From positions 13,465 through 77,464 of the forward strand of contig CAYJIP010000004.1 of NCBI GenBank assembly GCA_964370265.1: DNA of 64,000 nt, written 5' to 3'. Below the pieces are notes generated by a model. The model searched no databases and was not told the DNA's origin. It saw only the letters and a program-made list of their open reading frames with translations. The translations under genes and the position numbers were made by a program. How positions within the stretch are numbered: position 1 is the first letter of the stretch; the number at the start of each line of letters is the position of its first letter. Below are positions 37,401-48,673 of this stretch, one piece after another. The stretch comes from an uncultured Clostridium sp. (lineage in GTDB: Bacteria > Bacillota > Clostridia > TANB77 > CAG-508).

Positions 37401-39026
37401 TTGCAAAAGAAGAAAGAAAACATTTTTAATAAAATAGTTAAAAAAGACTATAATAATGAATTGGAATTAGTTTTAGAAAAAAAACAATATTCAGAATTTG
37501 TAAAAAATATGCTCCTTAATATAATATACAATATAGAAGCTGGATATAAAGATTACAGTAAAATAAAAAAAGATATATTAACAAAAGATAGATATATTAA
37601 GAAAATAATGAATATAGTAGAAAAAGAATGTAATATTATTAAATTGGTAAAAAAGACAGATGAAGAAAAAATACCAAATAACAAGACATTTTTTATAGAT
37701 AAAAAAAGAAAAATAGTAATGTGTGAACCTATTGAAAGAAAATTAATGTATTGTCTTTCTAAGATAGAAAAGCAAGAATTCATCGTTAAAGATAAATATC
37801 CGATTATAGATAAAGCTATATCAGAGTTAATTAATGTAGGATATTCTATAAATTTTACTGAAATAATAAGAGACTTCAATGGTTATTCATGGACTACAAT
37901 AGAAAGAGAAATCGAGAGTATACATCATAATTTAATATATCAAAATTTTAAGATATTACTAAATAATGAATTTTTTGAAAAGTGGATAAATAATAAGGAA
38001 TTCATTATAGATTATTATGATAATATGAAAATTGAATTAGAAGAATTATATGGGAAACACAATTCAGAACAGCTAATATATTTATTTGAAAGAATAGCAG
38101 TTATTTTGATGATTAAATTTGATAAAAATTTAGAACAAAAATTTAAACAAGAAGAAATAAAAGTAAAAAAACAGATATTAGAACTTGAAGATAGGCAGCA
38201 ATTTATTAAAAAAATCTCAGCAAAAAAAACTAAGCTATCAAGAGAAGTGGGGAAATTAGATGAAATAATTAACAATCCTATCTTGTTAGAAAAAGAATAT
38301 ATTGAGCGTAATGAAAAATTAGAGTTGGCAGAGAAGATATTTAGTATGAAAGTACTGGCTAAAAATCTTAAAAATGAAAGAAAAACTAAAATAGAAGAAA
38401 TAGAAAAATTAAATTCAATATTAAATCCAAAAATATTTTTAGAGTATGTAAAAGATATTAATAATAAATATGAATATTTGCAGATAATAAATATAGAAGA
38501 TTTAGAATTAGAACTGAAAAATAAAATTTTCGAATTTCAACAAATATTTTTAGAATGCTTTAAAAGAAAAGTTGCAAGAGAAGCTTTAACAAAAAGCCAA
38601 TTAGAAGATTTGATATATGAATTTAGATACTATTTAAATATTTCATGTGAGGGACAATTTTTACATCAAAACAAAGAATTAGAACAAAATGTAAAAATAG
38701 TATTAAAATTGTTGATTGAAAAAGCTAAGGAATTGAAGAAAATTACAGAAGTACTTAAAACAGATAAAAATTCAGAATTAGAATATATGATATATCGAAC
38801 AATCTTTAAAACAAGAGTAATAAATTTAGATGAAGTTGAAGTGAAAATAACACATGAAAAACAACAGGGGAAATTACAAAAAAACAAAAATACTGATAAT
38901 ATATATACAATTAAGACATATTATGAAGATGTTATTGAATTAGAAGAAGAAATACAAATAGAGGATATTGAAATAAAAAAAGAAATAAGAAAAATAATAA
39001 ACAAAAAGATAAAATTATTAAATTAG
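37401..39026 (+). CDS. Large hypothetical K/E/I-rich protein (541 aa), no recognisable domain
   Basis: It is open immediately after ftsK. A TTG start at 37401 follows a GGAGGAG RBS inside the ftsK 3' end. The composition is coiled-coil-like throughout. Confidence 0.4.
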   Translation: MQKKKENIFNKIVKKDYNNELELVLEKKQYSEFVKNMLLNIIYNIEAGYKDYSKIKKDILTKDRYIKKIMNIVEKECNIIKLVKKTDEEKIPNNKTFFIDKKRKIVMCEPIERKLMYCLSKIEKQEFIVKDKYPIIDKAISELINVGYSINFTEIIRDFNGYSWTTIEREIESIHHNLIYQNFKILLNNEFFEKWINNKEFIIDYYDNMKIELEELYGKHNSEQLIYLFERIAVILMIKFDKNLEQKFKQEEIKVKKQILELEDRQQFIKKISAKKTKLSREVGKLDEIINNPILLEKEYIERNEKLELAEKIFSMKVLAKNLKNERKTKIEEIEKLNSILNPKIFLEYVKDINNKYEYLQIINIEDLELELKNKIFEFQQIFLECFKRKVAREALTKSQLEDLIYEFRYYLNISCEGQFLHQNKELEQNVKIVLKLLIEKAKELKKITEVLKTDKNSELEYMIYRTIFKTRVINLDEVEVKITHEKQQGKLQKNKNTDNIYTIKTYYEDVIELEEEIQIEDIEIKKEIRKIINKKIKLLN

Positions 39027-39037
39027 GAGGAACTAGT

Positions 39038-40693
39038 ATGAAGTTAACTTTTTTAGGAGCTGCTAAGACTGTAACAGGATCAAATTTCCTATTAGAAGCA
39101 GCGGGAAAGAAAATATTAATAGACTGTGGAATGTGGCAGGGAAATCAAGAATTGGAAGATTTAAATAGAGAGGAATTTGAATATAATCCAGCAGAAATTG
39201 ATTTTATGCTATTAACACATGCTCATATAGATCATTCAGGAAGAATACCTAAACTATATAATCAAGGATTTAAAAATAAAGTATATGCACATAAAGCGAC
39301 ATGTGATTTATGTGCTTTGATGTTACCAGATAGTGGACATATACAAGAAATGGAAAGTGTATGGAAAAATAAGAAAAGGCTTAGAAAAGGATTGGAAGAG
39401 TTACCACCTATGTACACAGCTGAGGATGCTCTTAGATCATTAGAAATATTCGAACCTGTAGAATATGACCAATTGATAGAAATAACACCAGAAATTACAA
39501 TTAGATATAACAATGCAGGACATATGTTAGGTTCTAGTATAATTGAAATTTTTGTAAAAGAAGACGGAGAAACTAAAAAATTAGTATTTACAGGAGATCT
39601 AGGAAATAATGATATCCCATTATTATCAGAACCTACTATGATAGAAAGTGCAGATTATTTAGTAATGGAATCAACATATGGTAGTAGATTACACCTTAGA
39701 AATGATGAAAAAGCAAGATTGTTTTTAGATATAGTATCTGAAACAGTTGATAATGGAGGGACAGTCGTAATACCATCATTTGCAGTTGGAAGAACTCAAG
39801 AAATATTATATGAAATTGATAAACTAAAAGCATTAGAAGATAATGAAGAATTTAGTAGAAAATATAAAGTATTAATGCAAACACCGGTATATGTAGATAG
39901 CCCTCTTGCAATTTCAGCAACAGAAGTATTTAGAGAAAATATGGACTTATTTGAAGATGAAATAAAAGAAAAAATAATACAAGGTGATAACCCTTTGGAA
40001 TTCCCAGGTCTTAAGTTTACAAGAACAGCAGATGAATCAAAAGCATTAAATGATGATCCAAGACCAAGCATAATAATATCAGCTAGCGGTATGTGTGAAG
40101 TTGGAAGAATAAAACATCATTTAAAACATCAATTGTGGAATCCAAAATCAACAATTCTTTTTGTTGGATATCAAGCACCAGGAACATTAGGTCATAGTAT
40201 AGTAAATGGAGCTAAAAATGTAAAAATATTTGGAGATGATATTGCAGTTAATGCTAGGGTTGAATATATAGAAGGTTTTTCAGGACATGCAGACCAAGAA
40301 TGGTTAATGAATTTTATATATTCTTTTAGAGAAAAACCAAAACATATATTTTTGGTACATGGTGAAGAAGATTCACAAGATGTTTTACAACAAAAAATAT
40401 TAATAGACACAGGGATCACTTCAACAATACCATCATATGGAGAGTCATATGAGTTAAATGAAGAGTTAACAAAAACAGTTATAGAAATTAAACAAAAGCC
40501 AATGACAAAAGAAAAAGCTTTAAAGTCAGAAGTTTTAATGAGATTAGAAAAATTATCAGAAGAAATGAAGGATATGAAAACATTCGTACAACAAGATGTT
40601 GCAAATACAACATTATCTGAAAGAGAAATATATAGTATAAATGAAAAAATAAAAGAAATAGAAAAACAAATTGTAAAAGTTATTGAAGGTTAA
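39038..40693 (+). CDS. Beta-CASP family metallo-beta-lactamase-fold RNA-processing nuclease (COG1236-like)
   Basis: It has the MBL motif LLTHAHIDHSGRIP, beta-CASP motifs and a C-terminal RNA-specificity region. The HxHxDH variant matches CPSF-like rather than RNase J1 enzymes. Confidence 0.6.
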   Translation: MKLTFLGAAKTVTGSNFLLEAAGKKILIDCGMWQGNQELEDLNREEFEYNPAEIDFMLLTHAHIDHSGRIPKLYNQGFKNKVYAHKATCDLCALMLPDSGHIQEMESVWKNKKRLRKGLEELPPMYTAEDALRSLEIFEPVEYDQLIEITPEITIRYNNAGHMLGSSIIEIFVKEDGETKKLVFTGDLGNNDIPLLSEPTMIESADYLVMESTYGSRLHLRNDEKARLFLDIVSETVDNGGTVVIPSFAVGRTQEILYEIDKLKALEDNEEFSRKYKVLMQTPVYVDSPLAISATEVFRENMDLFEDEIKEKIIQGDNPLEFPGLKFTRTADESKALNDDPRPSIIISASGMCEVGRIKHHLKHQLWNPKSTILFVGYQAPGTLGHSIVNGAKNVKIFGDDIAVNARVEYIEGFSGHADQEWLMNFIYSFREKPKHIFLVHGEEDSQDVLQQKILIDTGITSTIPSYGESYELNEELTKTVIEIKQKPMTKEKALKSEVLMRLEKLSEEMKDMKTFVQQDVANTTLSEREIYSINEKIKEIEKQIVKVIEG

Positions 40694-40706
40694 GTAGGAG
40701 AAAAAA

Positions 40707-42680
40707 ATGGATATTAATAATAAATATTTAAATGAAGCCATTATAGGGAATAAGAGTCTATTAGCAACATTCACATCAAAAGGAGAACTACAAAGACTAT
40801 ATTTTCCAAGTAAAGATATTAGACAATATATAAATTTTTATCATGTAGGGATTAAAGTGAATAATTCAGATTTAATCTATTTACATAGTGATATAAATAA
40901 TGTATATAAACAATACTATGATATAGATACAAATATTTTAAATACAGAAATAGTTAATACATATTTCAATTTAAAAATATTACAAACAGATTTTATTATG
41001 TCAAAAGAAAATGTATTAGTTAGAAAATATACATTTGTAAATGAAAGTAAAATTGAATTAGATATAGAATTATTTAATCATATTGAATTATTATCAGATA
41101 ACAATAATTTTGTTAGCTGCAAAATCATGGAAAAAGGAATGATTCAATATGCTCATGATTTCACAGTTTCAACATTTGCAAAAAGATATAATATATCAAG
41201 ACATCAAATACACAATAGTAAAGAAAATATTAAAAGATGTGAAATAAATGATAAAGACTATATTGGAATGTCAAAAGATTCAAGTACAGCTTTTAAAGTT
41301 GGAAAAATATTGCCAAATCAAAAAAGAGAAATTGAAATATGTGTGTCATTAGGGGAAAATAAGAATATTTCAGAAATAGAAGATGAAATAGATAGAATAA
41401 CAAAAATAGACTTAAATAAAGAATATAATTCAGTAAAACTATATTGGCGAAAATATTTAAAAAAACATAATACATTAAACTTAAAAGATCCTCAAAATCT
41501 ATATGAAGAAAAGATAAATGAAATATATAAAAGGAGTATTTTACTTTTTCCGTTACTTACTAATCAAGAAACTGGTGGAATAATTGCAGCACCAGAAATT
41601 GATGAAAATTTTACTAAATGTGGAAGGTATGCATATTGTTGGCCGAGAGATGCTGTGTTCATAACAAAGGCAATGGATATATTAAATATGCATAAAGAAA
41701 CAGAAAGATTCTATAAAATATTTTGTAAAAAAACACAAAGCAAGAATGGTATGTGGGAACAAAGATTTTTTACAGATGGTAGATTAGCACCAAGTTGGGG
41801 GTATCAAATCGATGAAACGGCATCTGTGGTATTTGGGGTATATGAACATTTTAAACATACAAAATCTGATAAATCATTAAAAGAAAACTTGAAAATGTGT
41901 GAAAAAGCAATAGACTTTTTGAAAAAATACACACAAGATTGGCTAGGAGTACAAAGACCTGGTAAATTCGATGTGGTAAAAGAAGATCTAGAAAAAGCAT
42001 ACAATCCAGATAATAAACATAGATATCACGTTAGTTATGATTTGTGGGAAATGAATGAAGGTGTCCATTTATATTCACTAGCAAGTATATATTCAGCATT
42101 TGAATGCATGAAAAAAATATATAATACATTAGGTGATAAAGTTTCAGATTTTGAAAAAAATAGATTAAAAGAAGAAAAAGTTAATAAAATAATTAGCGAA
42201 TTAGAATATTATAAAGAAGAAATTAAAAAATATATAGATAGAGAACTTTATGATGAAACAAAAAAAACATATATAAGAAATGCAGAAGATAGAAAATTAG
42301 ATATCAGTATATTAGCAGCTATAACACCATTTGAATTATTTAGAAGCAAAGACAAAAAAGTTAAAAATACAATAGAAAAAATAAATTTAACACTAAGAAC
42401 ATATACTGGTGGATATCAAAGGTTTGAAAATGACCATTACATGAATGGTAATCCGTGGCCAATTGCTAATCTGTGGATGGCTCTATACTATATTGAAAAT
42501 GGAGAAAAAGCAAAAGCAAAAGAAGCATTTGATTTCGTTGTAAAAACATCGGGAAAACATGACTTTTTAGGAGAACAAGTGAGTAACGAAACTTTAAAAC
42601 CAAATTGGGTAATAGGGTTAGGTTGGTCACACGCAATGTTTATAATTGTTCTAGAAAAATTATATGGTAATTTAAAATAA
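40707..42680 (+). CDS. Glycoside hydrolase family 15-like (glucoamylase/glucodextranase-type) protein
   Basis: It has an (alpha/alpha)6-type catalytic region with CWPRDA and NGNPWPIANLWMALYY motifs, plus an N-terminal beta-sandwich-like region. Confidence 0.5.
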   Translation: MDINNKYLNEAIIGNKSLLATFTSKGELQRLYFPSKDIRQYINFYHVGIKVNNSDLIYLHSDINNVYKQYYDIDTNILNTEIVNTYFNLKILQTDFIMSKENVLVRKYTFVNESKIELDIELFNHIELLSDNNNFVSCKIMEKGMIQYAHDFTVSTFAKRYNISRHQIHNSKENIKRCEINDKDYIGMSKDSSTAFKVGKILPNQKREIEICVSLGENKNISEIEDEIDRITKIDLNKEYNSVKLYWRKYLKKHNTLNLKDPQNLYEEKINEIYKRSILLFPLLTNQETGGIIAAPEIDENFTKCGRYAYCWPRDAVFITKAMDILNMHKETERFYKIFCKKTQSKNGMWEQRFFTDGRLAPSWGYQIDETASVVFGVYEHFKHTKSDKSLKENLKMCEKAIDFLKKYTQDWLGVQRPGKFDVVKEDLEKAYNPDNKHRYHVSYDLWEMNEGVHLYSLASIYSAFECMKKIYNTLGDKVSDFEKNRLKEEKVNKIISELEYYKEEIKKYIDRELYDETKKTYIRNAEDRKLDISILAAITPFELFRSKDKKVKNTIEKINLTLRTYTGGYQRFENDHYMNGNPWPIANLWMALYYIENGEKAKAKEAFDFVVKTSGKHDFLGEQVSNETLKPNWVIGLGWSHAMFIIVLEKLYGNLK

Positions 42681-42716
42681 GATTATAAATGAATATAATA
42701 AATGAATAAATAAATA

Positions 42717-42757
42717 AAACTACAATTAATATAATATATGTTAATTGTAGTTTTATA
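42717..42757 (+). terminator. Rho-independent terminator
   Basis: A 13-bp stem aaactacaattaa/ttaattgtagttt is followed by a T-rich tail. Confidence 0.6.
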
Positions 42758-42807
42758 TATAATTATGGATATTTAGTGAAAATTTGGAAAAAATGTAAAA
42801 GAATGAT

Positions 42808-43910
<1,103 letters not shown>

Positions 43911-43913
43911 TAT

Positions 43914-43955
43914 AAAAAAAGAATGCTATAATACTTGAAAAGCATTCTTTTTTTG
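43914..43955 (+). terminator. Intra-operon terminator hairpin with a conserved ...cttgaaa loop
   Basis: The stem aaagaatgct/agcattcttt is followed by tttttttg. The 3' half of the loop, cttgaaa, is shared with the hairpins at 42808 and 45254. Confidence 0.5.
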
Positions 43956-44038
43956 ATATAGTACAAACACTTTTAAAATAGATAATAATAAGGATAGTGT
44001 ACAAAAAAATAAAATAAAAATAAAAAATGGAGGTTAGC

Positions 44039-45223
44039 ATGAATAAGAAAACAATAAGAGATATTGATTTAAAAGCAAAAAAAGTATTTGCAAGATGTGA
44101 TTTTAATGTACCGATGGATAAAGAAGGAAATATAACAGATAATACAAGAATAGTAGCTGCATTACCTACAATCAAATACTTGTTAGAAAATGATTGTAAA
44201 ATAATATTAGCGTCACATATGGGAAGACCTAAAGGAGAGTTCAAACCAGAATATTCTTTAAAACCAGTGGCGACTGAATTATCAAAATTATTAAATATTG
44301 ATGTAATAATGGCAACAGATGTTATAGGAGAAGATGCAACTGAAAAAGCAAAAAAACTTAAATCAGGAGAAATTCTATTAATAGAAAATGTTAGATACCA
44401 TAAAGAAGAAACAGATAACAATCCAGAATTTGCTAAAAAATTAGCTGATATGGCTGAAGTATTTGTAAATGACGCATTTGGTGCAGCACATAGAGCACAT
44501 GCTTCTACAGCAGGAATAGCAGAATTTTTACCAGCAGTATCAGGAGTTTTAATTGAAAAAGAATTAAACTTCTTAGGTAAAACTTTAGAAAATCCAGCAA
44601 GACCATTTGTAGCTATATTAGGTGGTGCTAAGGTTTCAGATAAAATAGGTGTTATAGATAGTTTATTAGAAAAAGTAGATACTTTAATGATTGGTGGAGG
44701 AATGGCATATACATTCTTAAAAGCACAAGGTCATGAAATTGGAAAATCAATTTGTGAATTAGATAAATTAGATTTAGCAAAAGAATTGATGGAAAAAGCC
44801 AAGGCAAAAGGTGTGAAATTATTATTACCAATAGATACAAAAGTAGGAAAAGAATTTGATCCAAATACAGAGAGTAAAATTGTTGATTCTACAAATATAC
44901 CGTCAGATTGGGAAGGATTTGACATTGGACCTAAAACAATAGAAATACTATCAGAAGAGTTGAAATCAGCTAAAACAATAATATGGAATGGACCAGTAGG
45001 AGTATTTGAATTTGATCAATTTGCAATTGGAACAAATGAAATTGCAAAAGTATTATCTGAATTAGATGCAACAACGATAATAGGAGGAGGAGATTCAGCA
45101 GCAGCAGTTAAAAAAGCAGGATTAGAATCAACTATGACTCATATATCAACAGGTGGTGGAGCATCACTTGAATTCTTAGAAGGAAAAAAATTACCTGGTA
45201 TAGAATGTTTGATAAATAACTAA
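44039..45223 (+). CDS. pgk: Phosphoglycerate kinase
   Basis: The N-terminus reads ...RCDFNVP and the hinge and C-domain motifs are present. The start is ATG 44039 after a GGAGG RBS; the listed 44027 ATG is the RBS itself. Confidence 0.95.
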   Translation: MNKKTIRDIDLKAKKVFARCDFNVPMDKEGNITDNTRIVAALPTIKYLLENDCKIILASHMGRPKGEFKPEYSLKPVATELSKLLNIDVIMATDVIGEDATEKAKKLKSGEILLIENVRYHKEETDNNPEFAKKLADMAEVFVNDAFGAAHRAHASTAGIAEFLPAVSGVLIEKELNFLGKTLENPARPFVAILGGAKVSDKIGVIDSLLEKVDTLMIGGGMAYTFLKAQGHEIGKSICELDKLDLAKELMEKAKAKGVKLLLPIDTKVGKEFDPNTESKIVDSTNIPSDWEGFDIGPKTIEILSEELKSAKTIIWNGPVGVFEFDQFAIGTNEIAKVLSELDATTIIGGGDSAAAVKKAGLESTMTHISTGGGASLEFLEGKKLPGIECLINN

Positions 45224-45253
45224 AAAAAGAATAGTATATGTGCATTAAAATTA

Positions 45254-45292
45254 AAAGAATACCTTGAAAAGTATTCTTTTTTGTTATAAAAT
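45254..45292 (+). promoter_or_regulatory. Terminator-like hairpin whose loop CTTGAAAA supplies a -35 (TTGAAA-17-TAAAAT), upstream of tpiA
   Basis: The stem aaagaatac/gtattcttt and T-run are followed by gttataaaat. This is near-identical to the element upstream of gap. Confidence 0.45.
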
Positions 45293-45354
45293 ATAACATG
45301 ATATCTTAAGAGATATTTTATTAAAATCATAATATTTTGAGAGGAGAATATATA

Positions 45355-46107
45355 ATGAGAAAAAAAATAATAGCAGGAAATTGGAAAATGAATATGCTTC
45401 CTAATGAAGCAATAAAATTTATAGAGGATTTATCACAAAGTGTAAAAAATACACAAAATGAAGTAGTATTATGTGTTCCATATACAGACTTATTTTATAG
45501 TCTATTAACAGCACAAGGAACTAATATTAAAATAGGAGCACAAAATGTGCATTTTGAAAAATCAGGAGCATATACTGGAGAAATATCAGCAGAAATGTTA
45601 AAAGTAATAAACACAGAATATGTAATTATAGGTCATTCAGAAAGAAGACAATATTTTTATGAAACAGACGAAACAGTAAACAAAAAAATTAAAATATCTT
45701 TAGAAAATACTTTAAAACCAATATTATGTGTAGGAGAAACTTTAGAAGAAAGAGAAGAAGGAATAACTAACAAAGTTATAACTAAGCAAACTGAGTTAGC
45801 ACTAGAAGGTTTATCAGAAGATGAAATGAAAAAAGTTATTATAGCATATGAACCGATTTGGGCTATAGGAACAGGAAAAACAGCAACAAATGAAGATGCA
45901 AATGATGCAGTGAAAGCTATAAGAGAAAAAGTTTCTGAAATATACAATAAAGAAATTGCAGAAAATACAATAATCCTTTATGGAGGAAGTGTTAAATCAA
46001 GTAACGCAAAAGAATTATTTAATATGTCAGATATAGATGGTGGATTAGTTGGTGGAGCTAGTTTAAAAGCAGATGAATTTAGCAAAATAGTAAATTTCGA
46101 TAAATAA
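45355..46107 (+). CDS. tpiA: Triose-phosphate isomerase
   Basis: It has AGNWKMN, the active-site IIGHSERR, and AYEPIWAIGTG. The start is ATG 45355 after a GAGGAGA RBS. Confidence 0.95.
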   Translation: MRKKIIAGNWKMNMLPNEAIKFIEDLSQSVKNTQNEVVLCVPYTDLFYSLLTAQGTNIKIGAQNVHFEKSGAYTGEISAEMLKVINTEYVIIGHSERRQYFYETDETVNKKIKISLENTLKPILCVGETLEEREEGITNKVITKQTELALEGLSEDEMKKVIIAYEPIWAIGTGKTATNEDANDAVKAIREKVSEIYNKEIAENTIILYGGSVKSSNAKELFNMSDIDGGLVGGASLKADEFSKIVNFDK

Positions 46108-46137
46108 TATTTAGATATTGGAAAGAAGGATAGAAAA

Positions 46138-47676
46138 ATGAGCAATAAATTAACTATGTTAATGATATTAGATGGATATGGAAATAGCAAAAATAAAGAA
46201 GGAAATGCAATAAAAAAAGCAGAAACACCTAATATTGATAAACTAATGAAAAAATATAGTACTGTAGATATAAATACAAGTGGATTATCAGTTGGATTGC
46301 CAGATGGACAAATGGGAAATTCAGAAGTTGGGCACACAAATATTGGTGCAGGAAGAATTGTATATCAAGAATTAACAAGAATTACAAAATCAATTGAAGA
46401 TGGTGACTTTTTTACAAATACAGAATTAGTTGAGGCTATAGAAAATTGTAAAAGAAATAATTCAAAGTTACATATAATGGGGCTTTTATCAGATGGTGGT
46501 GTACACAGCCATGATAGACATTTATATGGATTACTAGAGTTAGCAAAAAGAAGAGATTTTGAAGATGTATATATCCATGCTTTCTTAGATGGTAGAGATA
46601 CACCACCAGCATCGGCAGAAATGTATCTATCAAATTTAGAGGAAAAAATAAATGAAAAGAAAATAGCTAAAATAGCAAGTATTACAGGTAGATTTTATGC
46701 TATGGATAGAGATAAAAGATGGGAAAGAGTTAAAAAATGTTATGATGCATTAGTAAATGGTATAGGTGAAAAATCAGGAAATGTTATTAATGCTATAGAA
46801 GACTCATACCAAAAAGAACTATTTGATGAGTTTGTCGAACCAACATTAATATGTAAAAATGAAGAACCAATAGCTACAATAGGGAAAAATGATTCTGTAA
46901 TATTCTTTAATTTTAGACCAGATAGAGCAAGAGAAATAACTAGAGCAATTATAGATCCTGAATTTAATGAATTCGAAACTAAAAAAGATTTAAACTTACA
47001 TTTTGTATGTTTTACAAATTATGATGAAACAATGCCAAATGTAGAAGTAGCATTTAAAAAATCATCTTTATCAAACACTTTTGGAGAATATATAAGTCAA
47101 AAAGGTTTAAAACAACTAAGAATAGCTGAAACAGAAAAATATGCTCATGTTACATTTTTCTTTAATGGTGGAGCAGAAACTCAATATGATGGTGAAGATA
47201 GAATATTAATACCATCACCAAAAGTTGAAACATATGACTTGAAACCAGAAATGAGTGCAGAAGAAGTAACAGAAAAAGTTATAGAAGCAATTAATAGTGA
47301 AAAATATGATTGTATTATACTAAATTATGCTAATCCTGACATGGTGGGACATACTGGAAATATCGAAGCAGCAACAATAGCAGTAGAAACTGTTGATAAA
47401 TGTGTAGGAGAAGTTGTAGATGCTGTTAAAGCAATAGGTGGAAATGTCTTAATAACGGCAGATCATGGAAATGCTGAGCAAATGTTAGATACAGTAACAG
47501 GAGAACCACATACAGCTCATACATCAAATCCAGTGCCATTAATATTAGTATCAGAAGAATCATATAAATTGAAAGAAAATGGTAAATTAGCAGACTTAGC
47601 ACCAACAATGTTAGAATTATTAAATTTAGAAAAGCCAGAAGAAATGACTGGAGAAAGTTTATTATATAAGGAATAA
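46138..47676 (+). CDS. gpmI: 2,3-bisphosphoglycerate-independent phosphoglycerate mutase
   Basis: It is full-length iPGM (512 aa) with a phosphatase domain carrying the catalytic Ser motif, and a transferase domain. Confidence 0.95.
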   Translation: MSNKLTMLMILDGYGNSKNKEGNAIKKAETPNIDKLMKKYSTVDINTSGLSVGLPDGQMGNSEVGHTNIGAGRIVYQELTRITKSIEDGDFFTNTELVEAIENCKRNNSKLHIMGLLSDGGVHSHDRHLYGLLELAKRRDFEDVYIHAFLDGRDTPPASAEMYLSNLEEKINEKKIAKIASITGRFYAMDRDKRWERVKKCYDALVNGIGEKSGNVINAIEDSYQKELFDEFVEPTLICKNEEPIATIGKNDSVIFFNFRPDRAREITRAIIDPEFNEFETKKDLNLHFVCFTNYDETMPNVEVAFKKSSLSNTFGEYISQKGLKQLRIAETEKYAHVTFFFNGGAETQYDGEDRILIPSPKVETYDLKPEMSAEEVTEKVIEAINSEKYDCIILNYANPDMVGHTGNIEAATIAVETVDKCVGEVVDAVKAIGGNVLITADHGNAEQMLDTVTGEPHTAHTSNPVPLILVSEESYKLKENGKLADLAPTMLELLNLEKPEEMTGESLLYKE

Positions 47677-47684
47677 AAAATAAT

Positions 47685-48491
47685 ATGTTAAATCATACTA
47701 AGAAAATTAAAGAAATATATAAATCTATACAAGAACAAATATATTACATGATTCCAGAAAGATGGGATGAACTTTATTTATATAGTTCCATAGTAGAAAA
47801 TCCTAAAATAGGAGGTAATAAAGGGGAATTATTCTTTTATTACCTTCCTAAAGGAATCATTAAAAAGAAAATAGTAAATGTATATGAAATACCAGCAAAG
47901 TTTAATATACATGAAAAACAATATTTTAGATTAGTAGAAAGATTATATAAACAGATCAAAGATCTACAAGAAGAGTTTAAAAAAAGCGAAACAGAAAGAA
48001 TTTGGTCTAATATAACAATAGTAATTAAAAATAATAAGTTTAAAACAATATATGATGATACAGATTTAATAAATAATAGATTTAATAATTATGACAGGCA
48101 TATAATTTGGAGATACGAATATCTAGGTATTACACCAGATATGTTGCCAAAGGATGAAAAACAAATAATATATGATTACATGCGTTTTGGATCTTCAAAT
48201 AGTAAGAAAAATTACTATGAAGAAGGTGTATATATAGATGAAAATATGTCTAATATAATTGGATATAGTACAGAAGAATATACTGCAAAGAAAAATATAG
48301 AAATGCAAAGAAATGATTATAATCAAAAGGTTAATATCAGAGAAAAATATAAAGTTAGTAATATATGTGTGAATGATAGTGAGAAAGAAGTTGGAAATAT
48401 CGAAACTCACATTAGCCCGGAAATACCTAAAAAAATACAATATAAGAATCAGATATTAGCATCTAGAAATTTATATATGGAAGATGAATAG
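47685..48491 (+). CDS. Hypothetical protein with an N-terminal YezG/DUF600-like (immunity-protein-type) region and a ~100-aa extension
   Basis: The motifs MIPERWDELYLYSS, GELFFYYLP and RHIIWRYEYLGITPD resemble the DUF600/YezG family as I recall it. This rests on memory, not a search. Confidence 0.35.
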   Translation: MLNHTKKIKEIYKSIQEQIYYMIPERWDELYLYSSIVENPKIGGNKGELFFYYLPKGIIKKKIVNVYEIPAKFNIHEKQYFRLVERLYKQIKDLQEEFKKSETERIWSNITIVIKNNKFKTIYDDTDLINNRFNNYDRHIIWRYEYLGITPDMLPKDEKQIIYDYMRFGSSNSKKNYYEEGVYIDENMSNIIGYSTEEYTAKKNIEMQRNDYNQKVNIREKYKVSNICVNDSEKEVGNIETHISPEIPKKIQYKNQILASRNLYMEDE

Positions 48492-48533
48492 TATAATTAG
48501 AAAATAATGTCAGATACAGAATGTAATATAAAA

Positions 48534-48580
48534 AGATGTGATATAAAAAGAATGTGATATAAAAAGAATGTGATATAAAA
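48534..48580. repeat. Tandem repeat, three copies of a 16 bp unit (agaatgtgatataaaa)
   Basis: It was read directly. It lies between the 47685 gene and the terminator. Confidence 0.75.
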
Positions 48581-48626
48581 GTAAAAACCTTAAAATGTTA
48601 AATCATTTTAAGGTTTTTACTTTTAT
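48581..48626. terminator. Bidirectional terminator (perfect 17-20 bp stem gtaaaaaccttaaaatg/cattttaaggtttttac)
   Basis: It sits between the convergent genes 47685(+) and 48674(-). A- and T-runs lie on both sides. Confidence 0.7.
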
Positions 48627-48673
48627 TAAATATTTTTACGTTTATTTAATACTATTGTTTATTATTTTGTTTA

